A stretch of 64,000 nucleotides of DNA from an uncultured Acidobacteriota bacterium (lineage in GTDB: Bacteria; Acidobacteriota; Terriglobia; Acidiferrales; UBA7541). How positions within the stretch are numbered: the first letter of the stretch is position 1; every line of letters starts with the position of its first letter. Position numbers and translations under genes: made by a program. The stretch covers positions 912,243 to 976,242 of the forward strand of contig CAWHVX010000006.1 in the NCBI GenBank assembly GCA_963832975.1, in the 5' to 3' direction. The notes beneath the pieces were generated by a model, which was not told where the DNA came from, ran no database searches, and saw only the letters and a list, made by a program, of their open reading frames with translations. Of this stretch, positions 7,755 through 17,174 are shown in pieces.

Positions 7755-8816
7755 CTAGTCCTTGAAGGAGAAGTTGACGCCTGTCGTCAGAATGAGGTCG
7801 TTCCTCAGCGTTCCGGGAATCGGGTCGCTCAGGAAACGATCGCTCGCCGTTGTCTGCCAGCCGAGCCACTTGTTGATTTTCGTGGCCAGTCCCAAATCGA
7901 ACGCGGAGCGGTATTGACCCGCGTCGCTGAGATCGGGATAGAAATAAAACTGCTCGTTCACGGTAGTCGATTTTCCGAGCTTGCGCATGAAGTCTTCCCC
8001 CGCCGTCACGCCGGCGATATTGCGCTGGATTGCCGGGGTGGAGGGATTCGCCGAATACGATTCGCGGGTATAGTTGCCGCCGAGCAGCAGATCGAGCGTC
8101 ATATTCGGCTGTTTGATCGCGTGGTAGCCGAAGCCGGCGCTATAAATCGAGCGCAGATTCAGGTCCTGAAGCTCGTTGTATTCGTAATCCGCGCTGCCGA
8201 AGGCGAAGGCGAGCGAGCCGATATTGTGGTCGTAGCGCGCGCCGCCGCGAATGTCGTTGGCTGTGACGCCTCCCGCGCCGGGTGTGTTGTCCGAGGCGTA
8301 GATCGACGAGGCGTAGGTGAGCAGTTTGTCGTCGAGCGTGGTGCGCGCCCCATTGAAACCGATCGCGAGATTGGTCGTATTGCTGTTGCCGCGTGCCAGC
8401 GAGAATCCGACCGTCGCCGCGCCGTCCCAATTCTCGGAAAAGCCCGGATGGAGCGAATGCTCGTAGGCGGCCTGCTCGGATTCGGATCGCACCATGGTCA
8501 CGTCGCCCAGCGGCACCTGGACCGTGCCGGCGTCGGACGTTGCGACCTCGAGATTCGTGTCCTCCATGGTCAGTTTTCCGCTGATGATCTTCTTGTCTTT
8601 CGTGGTGACGGCGACGGGCGCCTCGGAAACGATCTGCTTCACCGCCGACACCTGCACGCTGATCTCTCCCGCGTAATCGGTTTTCAGCGTGAGCTGTTTT
8701 CCGTCGGAATGCTCGATCGTGCCGGTGAGATGATCGCCGTTCTTCAGGAGGATCGTGTCCGCCCTTGCCGCGCCGGCAAGGCCTATGAACAGGAAAAGTG
8801 CTCCGAGAATTTTCAT
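7755..8816 (-). CDS. DUF481 family outer-membrane protein (YdiY-like)
   Basis: Signal peptide MKILGALFLFIGLAGAARA. Beta-rich body with GNSNTTN, DYEYNELQDLNLR, RNDLILTTGVNFSF and a C-terminal aromatic residue. Confidence 0.7.
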   Translation of the reverse strand: MKILGALFLFIGLAGAARADTILLKNGDHLTGTIEHSDGKQLTLKTDYAGEISVQVSAVKQIVSEAPVAVTTKDKKIISGKLTMEDTNLEVATSDAGTVQVPLGDVTMVRSESEQAAYEHSLHPGFSENWDGAATVGFSLARGNSNTTNLAIGFNGARTTLDDKLLTYASSIYASDNTPGAGGVTANDIRGGARYDHNIGSLAFAFGSADYEYNELQDLNLRSIYSAGFGYHAIKQPNMTLDLLLGGNYTRESYSANPSTPAIQRNIAGVTAGEDFMRKLGKSTTVNEQFYFYPDLSDAGQYRSAFDLGLATKINKWLGWQTTASDRFLSDPIPGTLRNDLILTTGVNFSFKD

Positions 8817-8967
8817 ATGGATGGTCCTTTCGGAAAAAGATCAGCTGGGGAGGCTTCGAGTCTACCAGATGGGGCGAATACGGGAGCCGGCAAGATGGGC
8901 CAAGCTGAAAATTGCTTGCCGGCGCGTGTACGGCGGCCCTCAAGAACGGCGAAACGGGCCGCGCAAG

Positions 8968-9876
8968 TTACTTTTTCGATTCCCCCTTTGCGGCGAGTTC
9001 GAAATCGATGTACTGCACGAGCGTTTGCGGATCGCCTCCGGCCAGCGGCCGGCCGTTGACGTATGCCGTCGGCGTGCTGTTCACGCCGAGCGCCACGCCC
9101 TCGGCGCGCTCCGCGTCGACGGCCTTTTGCGCGCCCGCCGACGAGAGGCACGCCTTGAATGTATCGGCGTTCAGTCCGGCCTGCGACGCGTACGACACGA
9201 GTTTGTCCCACACATTTTCGGGCGAAATCACGTCCTGATCGTCGAAGATCGCGTCGTGGACCTTCCAGAAAGCTTCCGGCGACTGCTCGTAGGCGCAGTG
9301 CGCGCCGATCGCCGCCGTCTGGGCCCATGGATGGATCGTGGTGAGCGGAAAATTCTTGTAAACGAAACGCACCTGCGGATATTTCGCCTCGATCCCCTGC
9401 AGGCTCTCGTAAAGCTCGCGGCAGTGCGGGCACTCAAAGTCGGCGTATTCAACCACCGTCACCTTCGCGTCCGCGGGGCCTTTCGACGGGCTGCCGGCCA
9501 AATGAATCTTGGACACATTATCGGCGAAGGGGTCGGTATGCATGTCGAAAATTTCGCCGCGCAGCAGCGTCTTCCCGTCCTTGCTTACGTAGACTTCGCC
9601 GTTTTCCTTGTCGTTGTTCAGCGTCACTTCCACGGGCACGGCGTAGAAATCGGCCGCCGACGATTGGGCGAGCGGGCCGAGCGTGACCTTGATCTCCGGC
9701 CCCCAGGCGAAGAGCCTGCGCACGAATGCCTCAGTCGACTTCAGAAGCGCCGCATCCTCGGGCGAAGCGGCCGCAGCCGGCGCGGGATCCGAAGCCGGCT
9801 TCGGCGTCTGGCCGACGGCCGGCAGCGCTGCCAGCAACAGCGCCAAAGTCCCCAACAACGCATTTCGATACGACAT
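8968..9876 (-). CDS. DsbA-family thiol:disulfide oxidoreductase, exported
   Basis: Signal peptide, CPHC active site (YADFECPHCRELY), and TPTAYVNGRPL typical of the DsbA fold. Confidence 0.85.
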   Translation of the reverse strand: MSYRNALLGTLALLLAALPAVGQTPKPASDPAPAAAASPEDAALLKSTEAFVRRLFAWGPEIKVTLGPLAQSSAADFYAVPVEVTLNNDKENGEVYVSKDGKTLLRGEIFDMHTDPFADNVSKIHLAGSPSKGPADAKVTVVEYADFECPHCRELYESLQGIEAKYPQVRFVYKNFPLTTIHPWAQTAAIGAHCAYEQSPEAFWKVHDAIFDDQDVISPENVWDKLVSYASQAGLNADTFKACLSSAGAQKAVDAERAEGVALGVNSTPTAYVNGRPLAGGDPQTLVQYIDFELAAKGESKK

Positions 9877-9984
9877 CGGAATAAGTCCTCCATAAATTCG
9901 CGCCAGTATCTTAGGAAGTCTAGAACAGGATAAAGAAAAAACGCGAGAAGAGCAAAACGCAATGCCGCCCCGGCGAACGCCCGA

Positions 9985-11061
9985 TCAGCGCGCCACCTGA
10001 TTCGCGAGCCAGTCCCCTATTTCGCGCGTGCCGAGCGGCCCGCCCAAGTCGGCCGTGGTCTTGCCTTCGCGGATGGCCGCGCGGACCGCGTCTTCGACGA
10101 GTTGCGCCTCAGCCGTCCATCCGAAATACGAAAACATCATCCCGGCGGCGAGCGCCGCGCCCATCGGATTCGCGATGTTTTTTCCCGCGATGGCGGGCGC
10201 CGACCCGTGCACCGGCTCGAACAGCGAAACCTGCCCCGGATGAATATTGCCCGATGGCGCGAGCCCGATCCCGCCCGCAAGCTGTGCGCCGAGGTCGCTG
10301 GCGATGTCGCCAAAGAGATTGCACGTCACGATCACGTCGAATTGCCCCGGATCGCGGACCATCTGCATCAGCAGGTTGTCGATGTACATGTGGCTCGATT
10401 CGATCTCGGGATATTCGCCGCGCATTTCCGCGAACGCGCGCTGCCACAGATCGTGGCCGAAGGCGAGGGCGTTGGCCTTGTCGCTCATGCAGACGCGCTT
10501 CAGCCTGCGCTCGCGCGCGAATTCGAAGGCGTAGCGCAGAATCCGCTCAACGCCTTTGCGCGTGTTGATGTCTTCCTGCGTGGCGATCTCGTCGGGGGTT
10601 CCCTTCTTGAAAAATCCGCCCATGCCGACGTAGGCGCCCTCGGTGTTTTCGCGGAACACCATGATCTGGATATCTTTCTCGGTGCGATCTTTGAGAGGGG
10701 TGAGCCGGCGATCGAAAAGAACGCACGGGCGCACATTCACATACAGATCGAGCTTGAATCGCAGGCCGAGCAGGATGTCCGCGCCGTGCTGATTGCCGGG
10801 AACGCGCGGGTCGCCGAGCGCTCCGAGGAGAATGGCGTCGTACTCGCGGCGGAACATTTCGACGGCCCCCGCGGGCAGCGTGGTGCCGTCGCGCAGGTAG
10901 CGATCCGCGCCCCAATCGAATTCCGTGAGCTCAACTTCGCGCCCGCCTCGCGCGGCCGCTGCCTTCAGCACCTTCACGGCCTCGGGGATCACGTCCTTGC
11001 CGGCGCCGTCGCCGGGGATCACCGCAATTCGCTTGCGCCGCGAAGATGTCGCCTCCGTCAT
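9985..11061 (-). CDS. isopropylmalate/tartrate dehydrogenase family oxidative decarboxylase (TtuC-like)
   Basis: From ATG 11061: MTEATSSRRKRIAVIPGDGAGKDV.., FRENTEGAYVG, NLFGDIASDLGAQLAGGIGLAPSGN, FEPVHGSAPAIAGK. The track ORF extends to 11322, but that N-extension is not protein-like. Confidence 0.8.
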   Translation of the reverse strand: MTEATSSRRKRIAVIPGDGAGKDVIPEAVKVLKAAAARGGREVELTEFDWGADRYLRDGTTLPAGAVEMFRREYDAILLGALGDPRVPGNQHGADILLGLRFKLDLYVNVRPCVLFDRRLTPLKDRTEKDIQIMVFRENTEGAYVGMGGFFKKGTPDEIATQEDINTRKGVERILRYAFEFARERRLKRVCMSDKANALAFGHDLWQRAFAEMRGEYPEIESSHMYIDNLLMQMVRDPGQFDVIVTCNLFGDIASDLGAQLAGGIGLAPSGNIHPGQVSLFEPVHGSAPAIAGKNIANPMGAALAAGMMFSYFGWTAEAQLVEDAVRAAIREGKTTADLGGPLGTREIGDWLANQVAR

Positions 11062-11285
11062 TCCGTCGCGGAACGTAGCATGCGCCCCGAGTCGTGTCAA
11101 CGCGCCTGGGATGATCCTTCGAACTGCTATTCGGGCGGCGGCGCAACCTGGTATATACTCTCGCCCGGACCGGGAACCCTGCGGGGCTTCGGCCCGCCGC
11201 TGCGGAGCGACGAAGGCGCTTTGCGCGGCACCCGTCGTTGCGAACGATTTTAATTTCAAGCAGGCAAATTTTGAGGAGGCACCAG

Positions 11286-11879
11286 ATGAAGAAGTTTGTA
11301 ATGGCTCTTGGATTGGCTGCAATTCTGGCGGTCCCGGCGTTTGCGGCGACCACGACCTGGACGCTCGATCCCAATCACACGAATGCGCAGTTCACGGTCC
11401 GCCACCTGGGAATTTCGAACGTGCAGGGCGATTTCACGAAGATCAGCGGCACGGTCCAGCTCGACGATCAGGATATGGCGAATTCGAGCATCGACGTCAC
11501 GATCGACGTCAACTCGATCGATACGCGCGTCGCGATGCGCGATAACGACCTCAAGAGCGAGCACTTCCTCAATGCCGCGATGTTCCCAACGATCACGTTC
11601 AAATCAACGAAGGTCGAAAAGGACGGCGACGGCTATAAGGTGACCGGGAACCTCACGATTCGCGGCGTCACCAAGGAAGTCGTGCTCAACGTGGGCGCCT
11701 TGAGCGCCGCGCGCAAGGACCCCATGAGCCGGACGGGCGGATTCCGCCGCGGCGCGGCCGCTTCCCTGACGATCAACCGCCAGGATTTCGGCGTGGCCGC
11801 CGATGCGGGGATGGTTGGCGACGAAGTGGCGATTCAGATCGATCTCGAAATGACGGCGCCGGCGCCCGCAGCGCAGTAG
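11286..11879 (+). CDS. YceI family periplasmic protein
   Basis: GAGGAGG RBS, signal peptide MKKFVMALGLAAILAVPAFA, then WTLDPNHTNAQFTVRHLGISNVQGDF and the GNLTIRGVTKEV motif. Confidence 0.85.
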   Translation: MKKFVMALGLAAILAVPAFAATTTWTLDPNHTNAQFTVRHLGISNVQGDFTKISGTVQLDDQDMANSSIDVTIDVNSIDTRVAMRDNDLKSEHFLNAAMFPTITFKSTKVEKDGDGYKVTGNLTIRGVTKEVVLNVGALSAARKDPMSRTGGFRRGAAASLTINRQDFGVAADAGMVGDEVAIQIDLEMTAPAPAAQ

Positions 11880-11934
11880 CCGCTCGCAGTCGCCATCCCG
11901 ATTCGATCGTCGCCGCTTTCGCGGGCCCGGAGGT

Positions 11935-12927
11935 TCACGCCCCCGGGCCTTCGCTTTCCCTCAGCCGCGCGTCGCCCGTAGAAACCCGTTCGACGAAGTA
12001 AACGCCGATCAGCACGAACACGCCACCCGAAATCAGATGGCCCGTGGGATGTTCGCCGAGAAATAAGATCGACAGGATGATCACAAGAAACGGCTGAATG
12101 TAGTTGATGGCCGCCACGCGCGATGCATCCAGGTGTTTCAGCACCCAGTAGAACAGCGTGTACGCCCCCACCGAGCTCCCGACCGCCATATAGATCAGCC
12201 CGCCCCATCCCACCCAGCCCACGCTCTTCCAATCGAGCGTGACCGCCTGCTGCAACGCCAGCGGCAGCAGCATGATGGCCGCCGCCACCGTGATGAATGC
12301 GTTGAGTGAAATGGAATCGTATTTTCCCGTTCGCGACGCGTTCAATATCTTTTTGCCGAGGACGCTGTAGACCGCGAAGCTCATCGTGCTCACGAAGGTG
12401 ATTGCATCGCCAATCACCGGCGATGAGTGGCCCACGCGCCCGCCCTCCGTCTCCAGCAGCATCACGCCGAAAAACGCAACTGCCATCCCCGCGATCTTGC
12501 CCGTGGTGAACGCCTCGAGCTTCATAGCGCGCGCGAAAACCAGAATCAGAATCGGCCCGAGCGCCTTCACCAGCACCGAGCGCTCCGAGGTGGTGTAGTT
12601 CAAGCCCACCATAAAGCACCCTTGATTCAGCACCACGCCGAGAAAACCGAGATAGGCGAACATCCAGAGATCGCGCCGCTGGAAACGAGCGCGCTCCCGG
12701 CGAATGAAATGGAGCGCGAGCATCAGAAGCGCCGCCAGCTCGATCCGCAGCGGCGCGAGCGTCCACGGGCTCATGTGCCGCAGCGCGATTTTGCCCGCCG
12801 TGTAATTGAAGGACCAGAGCAGGAGGATCACTGCGAGCGTCGCGCCGAGCAGTACGCCGCTCGGGCGTCGGGTTTCCGCGGTTTGTGCCAGCGGGCTGCT
12901 ACTCTCGGTGTTGGGTGTGGGCGCCAA
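11935..12927 (-). CDS. EamA/DMT-family transporter
   Basis: 330 aa, about 10 hydrophobic segments. Two EamA-like halves (NYTAGKIALR..., VGSSVGAYTLFYWVLKHLDASRVAAINYIQP). Confidence 0.8.
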   Translation of the reverse strand: MAPTPNTESSSPLAQTAETRRPSGVLLGATLAVILLLWSFNYTAGKIALRHMSPWTLAPLRIELAALLMLALHFIRRERARFQRRDLWMFAYLGFLGVVLNQGCFMVGLNYTTSERSVLVKALGPILILVFARAMKLEAFTTGKIAGMAVAFFGVMLLETEGGRVGHSSPVIGDAITFVSTMSFAVYSVLGKKILNASRTGKYDSISLNAFITVAAAIMLLPLALQQAVTLDWKSVGWVGWGGLIYMAVGSSVGAYTLFYWVLKHLDASRVAAINYIQPFLVIILSILFLGEHPTGHLISGGVFVLIGVYFVERVSTGDARLRESEGPGA

Positions 12928-12930
12928 CTC

Positions 12931-14040
12931 CTACTCGAGGATTTCGCGGCGCTCCGTCAGCGCCTCGATGCGCTCAACGCGCGGCGCGTAGCCGATGCCG
13001 GGCGCCGAAGGTACGTGGATCGTTCCCTGTGCCGATACCTCGACCTCAGGCTCGATGATGTCTTCCGCCCAGTAGCGCTTGCTCGCCGAGACGTCGCCGG
13101 GAAGAGAGAAATTCGCGAGCGACGACATGGCGATGTTGTGCGCGCGCCCGATCCCCGATTCCAGCATTCCGCCGCACCACACGGGAATCGAGTTCGCCTG
13201 GCAAATGTCGTGCACCTGCCGCGCCGACGTGTGCCCGCCCACGCGCCCGAGCTTGATATTGATGATTTGGCAGGCGCGCAATTCGATGGCGGCGCGCGCG
13301 TTTTCCGCATCGTGGATACATTCGTCGAGGCAGATCGGCGTCTCAAGCTGGCGCTGCAGCTGCGCGTGCGAATAGATGTCGTCGCAGCCGAGCGGCTGCT
13401 CGATCATCATCAGGTGAAACGCGTCGAGCTTCTTCAGCAGTGGAGCGTCCGCGAGCGTGTACGCCGAATTTGCGTCGGCCATCAGCCGCAGGCGCGGAAA
13501 GCGCTCGCGCAGCGTTCGCACCGGCTCGATGTCCGTGCCCGGCTTGATTTTGATCTTGATGCGCTGGTATCCGGCAGCCAGCGCTTCTCCGACCTTCGCG
13601 ATCAGCTTGTCCATCGTGGGCTGGATGCCGATCGATACGCCGCACGGAATTTCTGCGCGCGTGCCGCCCAGCAGGTTTGCGAGCGGCACGTTTTTTTGCT
13701 TCGCTTCGATGTCCCATAGCGCGGTCTCAAGCGCGGCCTTTGCCATGTTGTGCCCGCGCACTTGCGCGAACAGGCCCAGGACTTCCGATGCCGACGCGAT
13801 TTCCTTGCCGCGCACGATCGGCCAAAGGTAGTCGCGCAGGACGTACCACGCCGTCTCGATCGATTCGTAGGAATAGAACGGGTGCTCGCCCGCCGTCGAT
13901 TCGCCCCAGCCCGCGATGCCGCCGCCCGCGTCCGCCTCGACCAGCAGGATTCGCCGCAGGTCGGTGGTGCCGAAGCTCGTCTGAAAGGGCGAAAGCAGTC
14001 GCAGGTGAATCTCGCGCAGCGTGACTTTATTAATTCGCAT
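12931..14040 (-). CDS. menC: o-succinylbenzoate synthase / N-succinylamino-acid racemase (enolase superfamily, MenC/NAAAR group)
   Basis: MRINKVTLREIHLRLLSPFQTSFGT...GWGES, IKIKIKPG, LMADANSAY, IEQPL, CLDE: the pattern of the Amycolatopsis-type OSBS/NSAR subgroup. Confidence 0.8.
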   Translation of the reverse strand: MRINKVTLREIHLRLLSPFQTSFGTTDLRRILLVEADAGGGIAGWGESTAGEHPFYSYESIETAWYVLRDYLWPIVRGKEIASASEVLGLFAQVRGHNMAKAALETALWDIEAKQKNVPLANLLGGTRAEIPCGVSIGIQPTMDKLIAKVGEALAAGYQRIKIKIKPGTDIEPVRTLRERFPRLRLMADANSAYTLADAPLLKKLDAFHLMMIEQPLGCDDIYSHAQLQRQLETPICLDECIHDAENARAAIELRACQIINIKLGRVGGHTSARQVHDICQANSIPVWCGGMLESGIGRAHNIAMSSLANFSLPGDVSASKRYWAEDIIEPEVEVSAQGTIHVPSAPGIGYAPRVERIEALTERREILE

Positions 14041-14049
14041 CGCGTTCCT

Positions 14050-14874
14050 TTACTCTTCCCTGAATTCGGGCAGCTTCAGTCCGGCAATCGCGTCCGCGGG
14101 CTCGAGGATATAGCTTGTCGCTCCGTCGCTGCTCTCGATGCCCGTTGCCACGTAGCCCTTCGCAAACCATTCCGCGAACTGCTCGCCTGCCTTCGCTTGA
14201 ATGCGCGCCGCAGCCTCCAGATCGCTGGCCCGGATTTCGGCGAAATCTGTCGAAAGCGCGATTTTCGCCGCAGGGCCTTTCGACGGCAGCGGATCGTCCG
14301 CCAGAATCGACTTCACGCGCTCCGAATTGAGCAGCCATCCCGCGACAAGCCGGTCCGTGGGCAAGCCGCCGTGCAGCGGACTCACCGTGACCCCGTAGCA
14401 GTTGGGAATGTAACGCCGCGCCACGGCGCCCAGCCGCACCAGATTGAAATGCGCGTTCTTGAATTCCAGCGGATCGAATGTCCACTCGACGAGGCCGATC
14501 CCGCGCTTCAGCGCGTCCTGCCGCTGAAATAATTTCAATCGCCGGCCGATTCCGAGGTCGCGGCATTCCGGCAGCACTGCGGTCATGTGCGAATGCAGAA
14601 ACCTTTCGCCGCCGCGCACGCCGGTGAGCGCCAGCGTAAAGCCGACCATTTTCGATCCGTCGAACGCGCCGATCACCTGGCCGCCCGTGTGATGCGCCAC
14701 CACGAAAATCGACGACACCACGGCGATTTCCTCGCCCCACGTGGCGTGCTCCACGCGGACGCACTCCTCGTATTCGGCGAGGTTCGCGCAGTGCCGAACT
14801 TCGATCTCGTGCATGGCGCGCGGTTGAGTCATCAGGCGAAGTGAAAGTATACGGGCAATTCCCGCGGAGTTCAC
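14050..14874 (-). CDS. GNAT-family acyltransferase (COG3375-like)
   Basis: CRDLGIGRRLKLFQRQ (acyl-CoA loop) and WTFDPLEFKNAHFNLVRLGAV. 9 nt downstream of menC-like gene. Start uncertain (14874, 14832 or 14814). Confidence 0.7.
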   Translation of the reverse strand: MNSAGIARILSLRLMTQPRAMHEIEVRHCANLAEYEECVRVEHATWGEEIAVVSSIFVVAHHTGGQVIGAFDGSKMVGFTLALTGVRGGERFLHSHMTAVLPECRDLGIGRRLKLFQRQDALKRGIGLVEWTFDPLEFKNAHFNLVRLGAVARRYIPNCYGVTVSPLHGGLPTDRLVAGWLLNSERVKSILADDPLPSKGPAAKIALSTDFAEIRASDLEAAARIQAKAGEQFAEWFAKGYVATGIESSDGATSYILEPADAIAGLKLPEFREE

Positions 14875-14927
14875 CGGAAACGAGTGGGTCGCCAGGCGGG
14901 CGCGGCGGCGCGTTTATCGCCGCGGGG

Positions 14928-15593
14928 CTAATTCCCCGGCTTCGTGCCTGCGAATAGCGCCAGCTCGCGCCATTTCCAGTGGCAATCAACGTCTTCAAAT
15001 CCGATTTCGCGCAGCCACGCGAGCTGCGTCTCGAGATCGAGCAGTTTATTCGATGGATCCTCGTCCCCCGAAGCGAGCGCTCTGAGGAACGCGCCGTGCA
15101 ACGCGGGAGTGGGAGACGCGACGTGCTCGAGATTGCAAAACACGCCGCCAGGCGCGAGCATCGCGAATACTTTGCGGTAAATTGCCCGCTTCCGCTCGTG
15201 CGGCGCGTGGTGAATCGCAAAGCTCGATATCACCGCATCAAATCGCCCCATCATCGGAAGCGGCTGATCGAAATCGTGCGCGACGATCGTCACGGCGGAA
15301 TCCTTCCCAAAGAGCTTGTGCAGCTCCGCCAGCATCGTGGGCGAAAAATCCAGCGCGACGAATTCCGCGCCGGGCCGCGCCGCCTTCACGAGGGCCAGCA
15401 TACGTCCCGCGCCACTGCCGAGGTCGAGAATGCGCTTCGGGCTTGCCGGAATAAACTCGAGCAACGTCGCTTCACCCTCCACGCGATGCGGGATCGAATC
15501 CGCCTTGCGAAGATAGTCGAGCGCATGCTCGGCTGACGACCACAGATTCACTTCCGGCGAAGTTCCCATTGGATCGGCTCCTCCCGCATCCAT
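14928..15593 (-). CDS. class I SAM-dependent methyltransferase
   Basis: Motif I ILDLGSGAGRM, post-I FVALDFSPTM, and LAPGGVF. Confidence 0.8.
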   Translation of the reverse strand: MDAGGADPMGTSPEVNLWSSAEHALDYLRKADSIPHRVEGEATLLEFIPASPKRILDLGSGAGRMLALVKAARPGAEFVALDFSPTMLAELHKLFGKDSAVTIVAHDFDQPLPMMGRFDAVISSFAIHHAPHERKRAIYRKVFAMLAPGGVFCNLEHVASPTPALHGAFLRALASGDEDPSNKLLDLETQLAWLREIGFEDVDCHWKWRELALFAGTKPGN

Positions 15594-15677
15594 TAGGCGT
15601 TGCCGCGAGGTGCCCCGTCCAATTTATAGTGTTTGCCGGAAATATAAGGTGGCCTTATGGCTCGGCCATCCTCGGGC

Positions 15678-16526
15678 TCATCGCGCTTTTGCGGCCGCCT
15701 CGTGAGCCTTCGATTCATTCCACAATTCTTCCATTCGCTCGCGCCGCAAATCCGCGAACGGAGCGCCCTGCCTCGCGGCCGCCGATTCCATCCATTGAAA
15801 TCGCCGCTTGAACTTGCGATTCGCAGCCTTCAGCGCGATCTCCGGATCGACGCCCAGGAATCGCGCGATATTCACCCCCGTGAAGAGCACGTCGCCAACC
15901 TCTTCTTCCAGCCTGTGCGCCGATTCTTCCTTTGTAGGGGCGGGTTTCAAACCCGCCCGCTCGGCTGGCATCAGAGCCGAGAGTTCGCGTTTCTCTTCGT
16001 CGAGCTTTTCGAGAATTCCCGCGAGATTCTCCCAATCGAATCCGATCCGCGCGGCGCTGCGCGTCAATTGATATGCCTCGAGCACTCCCGGCAGCGAGCG
16101 CGACACGCCGGCCAGAATGGACTCCTCGGCGGCGCTTCCCTCCTCCGCCCGCTCCTCACGCTTGATTTGCTCCCAGTTCTTCAGCACCTCGCGCGAAGTC
16201 TTTGCGGTCACACTGCCAAAGACGTGCGGGTGCCTCCGCACCATTTTCGTGTGGACGGATTCAATCACGTCGGAAATCGTGAATGCGCCCGCCTCCTCGG
16301 CAAGAATCGAATGGAAGACCACTTGCAGATCCGAATCTTCGCCCGCGGCCGCGCCGCCGATCTCCCCGCCTTTTTCGCAGGTTGCCTGCGCGATGCCCGC
16401 CGCTGTTTCGCCATAAAAGTGGCCGTCCTCTCCGGAAACACGCCAATGTACAAGCCATCGCCGCCCGCCGCAACCGCGCTTCGCCCGCGGCCCACGCGAG
16501 GGGCCTTCGTCTTGTAGCGCACACAC
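15678..16526 (-). CDS. mazG: nucleoside triphosphate pyrophosphohydrolase MazG (tandem MazG domains)
   Basis: KMVRRHPHVFG, WEQIK, second domain EEEVGDVLFTGVNIARFLGVDPEIAL..NRKFKRRF. N-terminal domain motifs are atypical (see findings). GTG start assumed. Confidence 0.8.
   Translation of the reverse strand: MCALQDEGPSRGPRAKRGCGGRRWLVHWRVSGEDGHFYGETAAGIAQATCEKGGEIGGAAAGEDSDLQVVFHSILAEEAGAFTISDVIESVHTKMVRRHPHVFGSVTAKTSREVLKNWEQIKREERAEEGSAAEESILAGVSRSLPGVLEAYQLTRSAARIGFDWENLAGILEKLDEEKRELSALMPAERAGLKPAPTKEESAHRLEEEVGDVLFTGVNIARFLGVDPEIALKAANRKFKRRFQWMESAAARQGAPFADLRRERMEELWNESKAHEAAAKAR
15934..15960. repeat. GTAGGGGCGGGTTTCAAACCCGCCCGC palindromic repeat, embedded in the mazG ORF
   Basis: Near-identical copy in the opposite orientation at 41547-41573. 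Encodes ..RAGLKPAPTK.. in the mazG frame. Confidence 0.8.
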
Positions 16527-16540
16527 GCCGATGCTAGAAT
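16512..16540 (+). promoter_or_regulatory. sigma-70-like promoter candidate TTGTAG-17nt-TAGAAT
   Basis: Upstream of the DUF1844 gene (GTG 16578, GAGGA RBS). Confidence 0.4.
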
Positions 16541-16577
16541 TTCAATTCAAGCTTCGCGCAACTCTGAGGACACCACT

Positions 16578-17099
16578 GTGCCCGATCCCAAGCAGGATGA
16601 AGGCTTCAAGGTAGTCGATCGGCGGCTTTTCACCGAAGACGGCGAGCTCCGCAAGGACGCCGTCGAGCAGGAACGCCGCGACGAGGAGGCCGCAAAGGCC
16701 CGCAAGCCCGCGCCGCCCTCAAAGCCCGCTTCTCCGGCGCCCGCAGGGGCTGCGCCCATCGCACAAGCCGGCGCAGCCGATGCGGCGGCTGCGGAGGCGG
16801 ACGCGGACGCGATTCCCCCCTCGCGCAATTTTCAGATGCTGGTGGATTTCCTCACGCGCAATGCAGCCGCGATGCTCGGCGGCATGGCCGACCCGCGCAC
16901 CGGCCAGGCCTTTCTCGATCTCGAAGGCGCGCGCGAATTGATCGACATGCTCGACGCCCTGCGCGAAAAGAGCCGCGGCAATCTCGCCAAGGCGGACGAA
17001 GATCTGCTGATCGAAGTTTTCGGCAGCCTCAAGCTGAGTTTCATGGAAATTTCCAAGGCCGCGGCCGAAGCCATGGCCAAGAAGGCCGTAAAGCGCTAG
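16578..17099 (+). CDS. DUF1844 domain protein
   Basis: FKVVDRRLFTEDGE N-terminus, low-complexity Ala/Pro linker, then FQMLVDFLTRNAAAMLGGMADPRTGQ, typical of DUF1844. Confidence 0.7.
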   Translation: MPDPKQDEGFKVVDRRLFTEDGELRKDAVEQERRDEEAAKARKPAPPSKPASPAPAGAAPIAQAGAADAAAAEADADAIPPSRNFQMLVDFLTRNAAAMLGGMADPRTGQAFLDLEGARELIDMLDALREKSRGNLAKADEDLLIEVFGSLKLSFMEISKAAAEAMAKKAVKR

Positions 17100-17174
17100 G
17101 CCTTTGAAAACGGGCGGGCCACAGGGCGAGGCCAGGTATCTGACGATGCGGTTCGTAACCCTTCCTGCGAGTTC

